NCBI GenBank assembly: GCA_965222375.1
Contig: CBDCTZ010000013.1
Location: 480,001-544,000, forward strand
DNA from: Polyangiaceae bacterium
Lineage (GTDB): Bacteria > Myxococcota_A > Polyangia > Polyangiales > Polyangiaceae
Length of the DNA: 64,000 nucleotides
Reading direction: 5' to 3'
A program made the position numbers and the translations under genes. Positions 18,489 through 26,470 of this stretch are shown here, piece after piece (the stretch's first letter is position 1; each line of letters opens with the position of its first letter). The notes under the pieces were generated by a model. It ran no database searches and was not told the origin of the DNA. It saw only the letters and a list, made by a program, of their open reading frames with translations.

Positions 18489-19979
18489 TCAAACTTTGAG
18501 CGCGATATTCGCCTTTTGCAGCGCAGTCTTGAAGGTCGCCTTGTCGTTGGACTTCATGTAGGCCTCTTCGGGTTCGACGAGTCCGGCTTGCACGTGCTGC
18601 ATCAAGTGATCGTTCATGGTCTGCATGCCCATGTTGCGACCGGTCTGCAGCATGCTGGCGATCTGATAGGTCTTGCCTTCGCGGATCAGGTTCGAGATGG
18701 CGGGCGTCGTGATCAGAATTTCATATGCGGCGATGCGGCCGCCACCCTTCTTTTTGCACAGCACTTGAGCGATCACCCCACGTAGGCTTTCGCTGAGCAT
18801 GGTTCGGATCTGAGACTGCCGCTCATGAGGGAATTGGTCGATGACGCGGTCGATGGTGCTCGTGGCGCTCGTCGTGTGCAGGGTGCCGAACACGAGATGA
18901 CCAGTTTCGGCGGTTTCGATCGCAATGGCGATGGTTTCCAGGTCTCGCATCTCACCGACGAGCACGATGTCTGGGTCTTCACGCAGGGCGGCGCGCAGGG
19001 CTTTCTTGAAAGAGCGCGTATGGGTCCCGACCTCGCGCTGATTGACGAGGCAGCGCTTGTTGGGGTGCACGAATTCGATTGGATCTTCGATGGTGATGAT
19101 GTGGTCCGCGCGGTTCTGGTTGATGTAGTCGACCAGGGTCGCCAGGCTGGTGCTCTTGCCACTGCCTGTCGGACCGGTGACCACGACCAGGCCCTTGGTG
19201 AGCCAGCACAGATCCAGGACCTTTTCGGGTAATCCCAGCTTCTCGAAGGGCAGGATCTCGAAGGGGATCTGTCGGAACACGGCTCCCGGACCGTTGCGGT
19301 CCCGGAAATAGTTGGCGCGAAACCGGCTCAGGCCTTCGATGGAGTGGGCAAAATCAGTGTCCCACTCTTCTTCGAACTCCTTGCGGTTTCTCTCGGGCAA
19401 GATCTCCTGCATCAGCTGGGTCAGCGCCGCCGCGTCCAGGGCCTTGTGCCCTTCCAGCGTGGCCATGGCTCCGTGCAGTCGCACCATGGGTCCCGTGCCG
19501 GTGGTCAAGTGCAAGTCGCTCGCGTTGACGCGCACCATCTCGCGTAGCAGCAGGTTCATTCGCGGTTCGCCCGGCTTCGCGTTCACGCGAGGCACCGAGA
19601 TGCTCGGCCTGTTGCGCGGAACTTGAGGCATGGGCGGCTCGAGCTTCGGGCGACGCGCAGCCGCTGCAGCCGCCCCCGCTGCATCTGCTGGGGAAACCGT
19701 CAGCCGCCAACCCTCTTTGCTCAGGACTTGCACAGCCAGTTGGAACTTGAGCCCGTCCAGGTCATGGAAGAAGCTGGCCTTTCGACTGCGCGCAAGCTCT
19801 TGCAGGGTGGCTTCGTCCGCGGCTTCTTTCACGATGAACACGACTTCCTTGTGCTCGACGCGCGTGGAGCTGAGGCGTTCGCCGGTTTGGAAGCGGAACT
19901 TGGCCGGCTGATTGCTTTCTAGCTCCATGGCTTCGGCGCCATGGCGAATCAGGTGCTGGATGTAGGCGTCAATCCGCAT
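18489..19979 (-). CDS. pilT: Type IV pilus retraction ATPase PilT family, with an extra N-terminal domain
   Basis: ASDLHL, GPTGSGKSTS, TIEDPIE, ALREDPD, AETGHLVFGTLH and AISNLIRE motifs. Confidence 0.93.
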   Translation of the reverse strand: MRIDAYIQHLIRHGAEAMELESNQPAKFRFQTGERLSSTRVEHKEVVFIVKEAADEATLQELARSRKASFFHDLDGLKFQLAVQVLSKEGWRLTVSPADAAGAAAAAARRPKLEPPMPQVPRNRPSISVPRVNAKPGEPRMNLLLREMVRVNASDLHLTTGTGPMVRLHGAMATLEGHKALDAAALTQLMQEILPERNRKEFEEEWDTDFAHSIEGLSRFRANYFRDRNGPGAVFRQIPFEILPFEKLGLPEKVLDLCWLTKGLVVVTGPTGSGKSTSLATLVDYINQNRADHIITIEDPIEFVHPNKRCLVNQREVGTHTRSFKKALRAALREDPDIVLVGEMRDLETIAIAIETAETGHLVFGTLHTTSATSTIDRVIDQFPHERQSQIRTMLSESLRGVIAQVLCKKKGGGRIAAYEILITTPAISNLIREGKTYQIASMLQTGRNMGMQTMNDHLMQHVQAGLVEPEEAYMKSNDKATFKTALQKANIALKV

Positions 19980-20030
19980 CCTGCCAGCATTGGCAGGCCT
20001 AGCTGCGGCAGGCAATGCAGAAGCGGCCGC

Positions 20031-20639
20031 TCAGGTGTCAATGCTTTGGCGCTCGAGCCCGACCAGGAAGACTTCCGAGCTAGTCTGGCGGGTACCTTTG
20101 GGACGAATCGTCTTTTCTTTGGCAAAGGCGCGTCGAACGGCCGCGCGAGCCTCCTCGTAGTCGCCACTCATGAATAGCTTGGCAACGAAGTGTCCGCCGG
20201 GCTTCAAGTGCTCGAGCGCCACTTCAAGGGCTTTCATGAACAGCTCGAAGGAGCGCGCTTGGTCTTGTGCCTTGTTCCCGGTGGTGGCCGGCGCCATGTC
20301 GCTGAGCACGACATCGTAGGGAGAGAAGACCGCCAGTTCTTCGCTGCCCAGCGCGAGGGCATCGCCCTGGACAGCAACGACGTTGGCGGGAAACGCTTGA
20401 CGGATTTCTTGGAGATCGATGGCTAGAACCTGACCCCTTGGGCCGACGCGCTGAGACGCATACAAAGACCAGGACCCCGGCGCGGCGCCGAGATCGAGGA
20501 TGGTTTGACCTCGCGCCAGCAGCTGAACCCGGCGGTCGATTTCCTCTAGCTTGAAGACGCTGCGGGCAGGGTAGCCGCTGGCCTTGGCGCTCTTCGTGCG
20601 CGCGTCGCCCCGAGCGTAGGGGTTGTTTCGCTTGCTCAT
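20031..20639 (-). CDS. rlmE: 23S rRNA Um2552 methyltransferase RlmE/FtsJ
   Basis: ARSVFKLEEI, LDLGAAPGSW, VLSDMAP and SSEVF motifs. Confidence 0.93.
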   Translation of the reverse strand: MSKRNNPYARGDARTKSAKASGYPARSVFKLEEIDRRVQLLARGQTILDLGAAPGSWSLYASQRVGPRGQVLAIDLQEIRQAFPANVVAVQGDALALGSEELAVFSPYDVVLSDMAPATTGNKAQDQARSFELFMKALEVALEHLKPGGHFVAKLFMSGDYEEARAAVRRAFAKEKTIRPKGTRQTSSEVFLVGLERQSIDT

Positions 20640-20774
20640 TGCGGCCTCCAGCGGAGGGCTGTGCGGGCGCTGGAAAGCGTGTTCACGGCCGGCGCCCCTC
20701 GCCCTTGGGAGAAACTCTTCGGGCATCGCCCCTTCGGGGACTACGGAGCGCGTCGCAAGCGCGCAGCCTGCATG

Positions 20775-21359
20775 TCAGCCCTTCGCGAGCTTGGTCAAAA
20801 CACCTCGCGAAACGCCCTTGAGGGTCTCGAACACACCCTCACCGGTGCGAGCACTCGCGTCGAAGTCCGGTAGACCACGGGGATTGAGAATCCGCCGAAG
20901 CTCTTCGGACGGAACCACGTTTGGCAGGTCGCGCTTGTTGTATTGAACGACGTAGGGCAGCCCCTCGAGGGAAAGCCCGTGCTCGGTCAGGTTGTGGTGC
21001 AGGTTGTCGACGCTCTCCTGGTTCGCTTCCAGGCGCTCTTCCTGGGAATCCGCAACGAAAACCACTCCGTCGGCCCCCTTGAGGATGAGCTTGCGGCTGG
21101 CGTCGTAGAAGACCTGACCGGGTACGGTGTACAGATGCAGCCGGATCTTGAACCCCTTCACGGAGCCGAGATCCAACGGCATGAAGTCGAAAAACAAGGT
21201 GCGTTCGGTTTCCGTGGCCAGGGAGATCATCTTGCCTTTGGCCGCCGGATTCGTCTTTTCGAAGATGTACTGCAGGTTGGTGGTCTTCCCACACAAGCCC
21301 GGGCCGTAGTAGACGACCTTGCAGTTGATCTCCTTCGTCATGTGATTGATGAAGCTCAT
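20775..21359 (-). CDS. mglA: Gliding-motility small GTPase MglA family
   Basis: MSFIN...[38 protein letters not shown] and NKRD motifs. Confidence 0.92.
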   Translation of the reverse strand: MSFINHMTKEINCKVVYYGPGLCGKTTNLQYIFEKTNPAAKGKMISLATETERTLFFDFMPLDLGSVKGFKIRLHLYTVPGQVFYDASRKLILKGADGVVFVADSQEERLEANQESVDNLHHNLTEHGLSLEGLPYVVQYNKRDLPNVVPSEELRRILNPRGLPDFDASARTGEGVFETLKGVSRGVLTKLAKG

Positions 21360-21381
21360 TTTCGAATCTTTCTAGGCGGGC

Positions 21382-21939
21382 TCAGGCGAGGGCGGCACGA
21401 ACGGTCTGAGCCATCTGCTGGGTCAAGGCGGACACTTGGTCCGGCTCACAGCCGAGGTGGTGCCCCAAGTCTGACAGGGCGCTGGCCTCGGCCTGTGCCA
21501 GCTTTCCGTCTGCCATGGCTACGAGTGCAGCGAAACAAAGCGCCTGCTGACGCGCCGTCTCGTCGCCAAAGTCTTCCGCCGCGCGACGTAGCCGTTCCCG
21601 GCGCCCCAGCATCTCGCAGGCGTCATCCAAGTCGCGAAAGTGAAGCTCCAAAGTATCGTGGTCCACGGCAGACTGAGTGACGCTCTCGAGAAGGCGGGCC
21701 AAAGCGCTGCGCTCCTCGTCCGCGAAACCATCCGCCGAAGCAACAAGGTAGCTGACTTCCAGAATCGCTTGGAAGTACTTCGAGACCTCATCTTCCGGGT
21801 TGTCGCGTGTGAGTTCCGCCCCCTGCTTCAATCTCGCCGAGGTCGGAAGGTTGTCGCTGGCACGAGTCAGCGTCGCTTCAATCGCAGATTGAAGCTTCGC
21901 GGTCTCGTACTGCGAGAAATCTACTTCCATCGCCGCCAT
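21382..21939 (-). CDS. TerB-like (tellurite resistance B fold) protein
   Basis: Two repeats of the LVA.ADG....E motif (LVASADGFADEE and LVAMADGKLAQAE). Confidence 0.75.
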   Translation of the reverse strand: MAAMEVDFSQYETAKLQSAIEATLTRASDNLPTSARLKQGAELTRDNPEDEVSKYFQAILEVSYLVASADGFADEERSALARLLESVTQSAVDHDTLELHFRDLDDACEMLGRRERLRRAAEDFGDETARQQALCFAALVAMADGKLAQAEASALSDLGHHLGCEPDQVSALTQQMAQTVRAALA

Positions 21940-22004
21940 GTTGAGTCCATGCCACGGCTCCGGAGAAGCTTCAACGCAGCCGTCCGAGCATCCGGCTGCG
22001 GGTC

Positions 22005-23666
22005 TCACTCCAGACGGATCCAGACGCTTTTGGATGGCTCGGGCCCCTTGGGTCCGTCCGGAAAGTCGGGCCCGGGAACCGCGTCCTTCATCTGCGCAAC
22101 GGACCGCTTTGCGTCGCGCGCCGCCAAGTGCAGTGCACGGCGAAGTCTCTGAACCGAGGTCTTGCGGTGATTGGTGACCGCGAGCAGCATGCCCCCCGGG
22201 TCGAGTAGCTCGAGGCTGTCACGAGCAAGCTTTTCGTAGTGATCCGCCACGTTGAAGGTCGATCGGCGCCCGCGCGTGCCAAAGCTCGGGGGGTCGAGGA
22301 TGACGATGTCGAAGCGCTGGCCACGTCGCCGGGCGCGCCCCAGGAACTCGAAGACGTCTTCTTTGACGATTCGACTGTCGGCAGCGGGAGCATTGTCCTC
22401 GAGACTCAGCTTGGCGCGGGTCAGGGCGCGGCCCGAGATATCGACGCTGGTCACCTGGCTGGCGCCCCCTGATGCGGCAGCGACGGAAAACGAACCCGTG
22501 TAGCAAAACAGGTTCAGGACTCGCTTGCCGCCCGCACGCTCACGCACAATCTCTCGGTTGTTCCGCTGATCTAAAAATAGTCCCGTGGACAGGCCGTCTC
22601 CGAGCCAGACTGGCAACTGCAGGCTTCCCTCGCGCACCCAAAGGGGGGTGGGCGCGGGCTCGCCCGCGTCGGGCAGGCTGGGCGCCGCTTCCTCCACGTC
22701 GACTTTGCGGGAGTCCACCCGGGTTCGCCGCCTCACGTACACACCCCGAGCGCCCAAGCCCATGAAGAAGGCGACGAGTTCGTCGCGACGCGCTTCGGCC
22801 GCAGCACTACCCAGCGAAAGCACGATCCAGCCTGCGTAGTAGTCCGCCTCGACACCCGGCAGAGCATCGCCCCAGCCGCTTACCAGACGTAGGGCTTCGC
22901 AACGGTGCAATAGCGGATTGCGATGGCACAAGGCATCGCGCAGTTGGCGCTGCATGGTTTCCTCGCCTCCGAGGTCGTCCAGCTCACCGTGCAATGCGGC
23001 GTCGAAATCCGGTGGCCTGGGCGAATCGAAGTGGCGACCCAGAATACCAAGATGCTGCGCGTGAAGCATCAAGCGGTGGGCCAGCGCGCCCCCATACGTC
23101 CTGTCCCCGACGATGGGCACACCAGCGTGAGCCAGCTGCACCCGCAACTGGTGAGTGCGTCCAGTTTCCGGGCGCAGCTCGAGCATTGCACGCGACCCGA
23201 CGCGACGGAGCACCTTGAATCGTGTGCTCGCGAGCTTTCCTCCATCTTCGACCACGCGGACGCGCCCGTGCTTCAAGGGGGCTAGTCTGCACTCCAGTCT
23301 GCCCTGATCCTCTATTCGGCCGCCTTGCACCACAGCGCAGTACACGCGGCTCAGTTGGTGTTCCCGGAACGCGGCTGCAATTTGGGAGTCGAGCTCCGGC
23401 GAGCGGGTGAAGAGCAAGACTCCCGAAGTTTCCTGGTCGAGGCGTTGATGCACGCCCAAGCGCGGCTTGGTTCCGCCGCGACAGCGAAGGTACTCGGTCA
23501 ACCGCGTCGTCACGCTCCCGGGCACGTCCGCACCACCGTGGACGGGCAGGTGGACGGGCTTGTCGACGACGAGCAGGTCATTCGACTCCAGCACTCGCTC
23601 GTCGAGCCAGGCGGACTCGAGAGCATCCATCAGACTGGCCTGGGGCCCGAAGAACCCAAGCGACAC
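22005..23666 (-). CDS. RluA-family pseudouridine synthase fused to an RlmI/RlmK-type SAM methyltransferase
   Basis: HQRLDQETSG and TGRTHQLR; then TGLFLDQR, VLNLFCYTG and ILDPPSF. Confidence 0.9.
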   Translation of the reverse strand: MSLGFFGPQASLMDALESAWLDERVLESNDLLVVDKPVHLPVHGGADVPGSVTTRLTEYLRCRGGTKPRLGVHQRLDQETSGVLLFTRSPELDSQIAAAFREHQLSRVYCAVVQGGRIEDQGRLECRLAPLKHGRVRVVEDGGKLASTRFKVLRRVGSRAMLELRPETGRTHQLRVQLAHAGVPIVGDRTYGGALAHRLMLHAQHLGILGRHFDSPRPPDFDAALHGELDDLGGEETMQRQLRDALCHRNPLLHRCEALRLVSGWGDALPGVEADYYAGWIVLSLGSAAAEARRDELVAFFMGLGARGVYVRRRTRVDSRKVDVEEAAPSLPDAGEPAPTPLWVREGSLQLPVWLGDGLSTGLFLDQRNNREIVRERAGGKRVLNLFCYTGSFSVAAASGGASQVTSVDISGRALTRAKLSLEDNAPAADSRIVKEDVFEFLGRARRRGQRFDIVILDPPSFGTRGRRSTFNVADHYEKLARDSLELLDPGGMLLAVTNHRKTSVQRLRRALHLAARDAKRSVAQMKDAVPGPDFPDGPKGPEPSKSVWIRLE

Positions 23667-23674
23667 GCGCTAGG

Positions 23675-24343
23675 TCAGCTGGCGGGCTTGCCTTCGTTCT
23701 TCTTCTTGACGGCGCCGTTGACGTGAACGACCCCGTTCTTGGAACCGGGCACACCACCTCGGACGAGGAGCAAGCCTTGATCAGGAATGACCTTCACGAT
23801 GCGCTGGCTGAGCACGGTGATGGTTCGGTTACCGTGCTGACCGGGCATCTTGCGACCCGGCATCACTCGACCAGGCGTCATGTTGGTACCGATGGATCCG
23901 CCGTGGCGCATGTATTCATGGGCACCATGGCTGGCGCCGCTGCCGCGGAATCCGTAGCGCTTCATTACTCCGGTGAAGCCACGACCTTTCGTTGTGCCCT
24001 GGACGTCAATGAACTGCCCCTCTTGGAAAATCTCGTCTAGCTTGAGCTCTTGCCCAATCTCGAAGCCGGCTGCGGCTTCCGCCGTGCAACGCACCTCGCG
24101 CACGACTTTCTGCGCGGGCACGTTGCCCTTCTTGAAGAAGCCCGCCATGGGCTTGTTCGTAGCCTTCGCCTTACGCTCGCCCATGCCGACGATGAGCGCG
24201 TCGTAGCCGTCTTTGTCCTGGGTCCGCTTGCCCACGACGATAGGTGTGGACTCGATGACGGTGCAGGGAATGACCGTACCGTCTTCGGTAAAGAATTGCG
24301 TCATGCCGAGCTTGCGGCCGATGACGCCGATGTTCTTGTTCAT
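23675..24343 (-). CDS. rplC: 50S ribosomal protein L3
   Basis: IGRKLGMTQ, DGYDAL, KGRGFTGVMKRY, GSIG and GRKMPGQHG motifs. Confidence 0.97.
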   Translation of the reverse strand: MNKNIGVIGRKLGMTQFFTEDGTVIPCTVIESTPIVVGKRTQDKDGYDALIVGMGERKAKATNKPMAGFFKKGNVPAQKVVREVRCTAEAAAGFEIGQELKLDEIFQEGQFIDVQGTTKGRGFTGVMKRYGFRGSGASHGAHEYMRHGGSIGTNMTPGRVMPGRKMPGQHGNRTITVLSQRIVKVIPDQGLLLVRGGVPGSKNGVVHVNGAVKKKNEGKPAS

Positions 24344-24549
24344 GTCTGACTCCTGGTTGCCGAGTTCGGTCGCGATGCGCCGAAGCCGGGCCGAGGTGGA
24401 CCCACGATAACGCGGGGGACGGGCTTTTAGCGCCGGGGCCCGGGATGGGTCAAGGGTGGGGCCTGATTTCTGCGCTGGAATCGCATTGACGGGCCCGGGA
24501 ACAAATGCATAATCCCGCACCCCGTCTTTTTCGGCCCCCGAGGACCGCC

Positions 24550-24906
24550 ATGTCGATCATCAGCTCCAAGGTTGAAGCCCTAGAAAAGGGCTTCTTGCGC
24601 GATTTACCCGCCTTCCGCGTGGGTGACACGGTTGCCGTGCACTACCGCATCGTCGAGGGCGACAAGCTCCGAACCCAGGTTTTCCGCGGTACCGTGATCA
24701 AGCGGCACCGATCGGGCGCGCGAAGCACTTTCACGGTCCGCAAGACCAGCTTCAACGTCGGCGTAGAGCGCGTTTTTCCCCTACATTCCCCGAGAATCGA
24801 GAAAATCGAGGTCGTTTCTCAGGGTGTGGTGCGCCAGGCTCGGCTGTTCTACCTCCGCGGACTGTCCGGCAAGGCCGCCCGGATCAAGGACGTAAAAGAC
24901 ATCTAG
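24550..24906 (+). CDS. rplS: 50S ribosomal protein L19
   Basis: [25 protein letters not shown] and LFYLR..GKAARI motifs. Confidence 0.97.
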   Translation: MSIISSKVEALEKGFLRDLPAFRVGDTVAVHYRIVEGDKLRTQVFRGTVIKRHRSGARSTFTVRKTSFNVGVERVFPLHSPRIEKIEVVSQGVVRQARLFYLRGLSGKAARIKDVKDI

Positions 24907-25011
24907 CTTGTTTTCGCGGGGGCTGGGCGTAGCAGGGCTACCCATTCGGAGTGGAACGGGTATGCTGGCGCGCGCCGCGCGCCGCGCGGTTCGCTCGCCC
25001 GGAGGAGAAGC

Positions 25012-26445
25012 ATGATCGCGTGTCCGCGCTGCGGCATCTCGAACCAGCCCACCAGTAAGTTCTGCGCGTCCTGCGGTGCGCCACTGCCCGCCTCGGGACA
25101 GCCTGGCGCAGGAGGCGCACCACCCGCGGCCCCCGCCTGGGGACCACCTGGCGGGCAGGCGCCACCTCCAGCGGGGACCGCCCCGGGACCCTACGGTCCC
25201 AGTGCTCCGGCACCCGGCGGCGCGCCGCCCGGACCCTTTGGTCCACCGGGGCAGTCGCCGCCCCCGGGGCAGCCGCCCCAACAAGGTCAACCGCCCACGG
25301 GCGCACCGCCTCAACAAGGCGCACCGCCGCCCGGGTGGGGACCGCCCGGCGGCCAAGGTAGTCCCCCAGGCGCTCCCGGTGGCCCACCGCCGGGTGGGCC
25401 AGGCGGACCGCCTGGTGCAGGTGGCTACGGACCACCTCCGGGCTGGGGCCCGCCAGGAGGCGCACAACCAGCCCCGCCAGGGGTACGCGTCGGTACCCCG
25501 GAGGGTCTGAACCCTTTCGGCGCAACAATGACCCCGGATGGCGGCGGCGCTCCCGGCGCCAGCCCCTACGGTCCACCGCCTGGCGGACCAGGCGGGCAAC
25601 TTCCGGCGGGACCTCCCGGTGGTCCACCTCCGGGCGCTCCCGGCGGTCCACCTCCAGGCGCTGCAGGACCTCTGGGAGCTCCAATCCCGGGCGGACCGGG
25701 TGGCGCACCGCCTCCAGGCGGACCACCTCCGGGCGGACCGGGTGGCGCACCGCCTCCAGGCGGACCACCTCCGGGCGGACCAAGTGGCGCGCCGCCTCCA
25801 GGCGGACCACCTCCGGGCGGACCAAGTGGCGCGCCGCCTGCGGGTGGACCGGCGGCGAATGCGGCTCCCCCTGCTGCACCAACTCCCGGGCAGCCCCAAC
25901 GATGGAACGACCCGTCGGCCTTCGCGGCGACTGCGCCGCCACCCACCGCGGACGAACACGACGCCGCCAAGGGCCCCGGCCCCGCTGCCGGCGCCCCGAC
26001 ACCCGCTGCAGCCAAGAGCAGTGCACCAGCCGAGCCTGAGAAAGCACCTGCTCCCGAGGGCGAAAAAGACCCGGCGACGGAAATCGATGCGGGGGATCCG
26101 CTCAAGGTAGATGCTGATGCACCTCGGGTCTTGGCGGGGTTCCTGGTCAGCTACGAGGGCGACGACCTGGGAACGTTCTACCCACTGTACCAAGGCAAGA
26201 ACACCGTCGGCCGCAAGGAAGCTGCCGAGGGTTTGGACCTTGCCATCGACCATCCAACCACATCCTCGCGTCACGGCGTCATACACGCTTCCGCTCGCCC
26301 AGGTCGCGCGAAGATCGAGGACACCGGGAGCACGAACGGAACGTTCCTCAACGACGAAAAGATCCCCCACAACTCTCCCCACGAACTAGCTGACGGTGAT
26401 GAACTTCGCTTCGGCGGATACGCCTGCACCGTCAAGATCGTCTGA
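25012..26445 (+). CDS. Zinc-ribbon, Pro/Gly-rich linker and FHA domain protein
   Basis: CPRCG...FCASCG; GPPPGGP repeats; FHA motifs VGR, SSRH and STNGTF. Confidence 0.88.
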   Translation: MIACPRCGISNQPTSKFCASCGAPLPASGQPGAGGAPPAAPAWGPPGGQAPPPAGTAPGPYGPSAPAPGGAPPGPFGPPGQSPPPGQPPQQGQPPTGAPPQQGAPPPGWGPPGGQGSPPGAPGGPPPGGPGGPPGAGGYGPPPGWGPPGGAQPAPPGVRVGTPEGLNPFGATMTPDGGGAPGASPYGPPPGGPGGQLPAGPPGGPPPGAPGGPPPGAAGPLGAPIPGGPGGAPPPGGPPPGGPGGAPPPGGPPPGGPSGAPPPGGPPPGGPSGAPPAGGPAANAAPPAAPTPGQPQRWNDPSAFAATAPPPTADEHDAAKGPGPAAGAPTPAAAKSSAPAEPEKAPAPEGEKDPATEIDAGDPLKVDADAPRVLAGFLVSYEGDDLGTFYPLYQGKNTVGRKEAAEGLDLAIDHPTTSSRHGVIHASARPGRAKIEDTGSTNGTFLNDEKIPHNSPHELADGDELRFGGYACTVKIV

Positions 26446-26470
26446 CCGGACGTTTGGAATACGAACAGCG

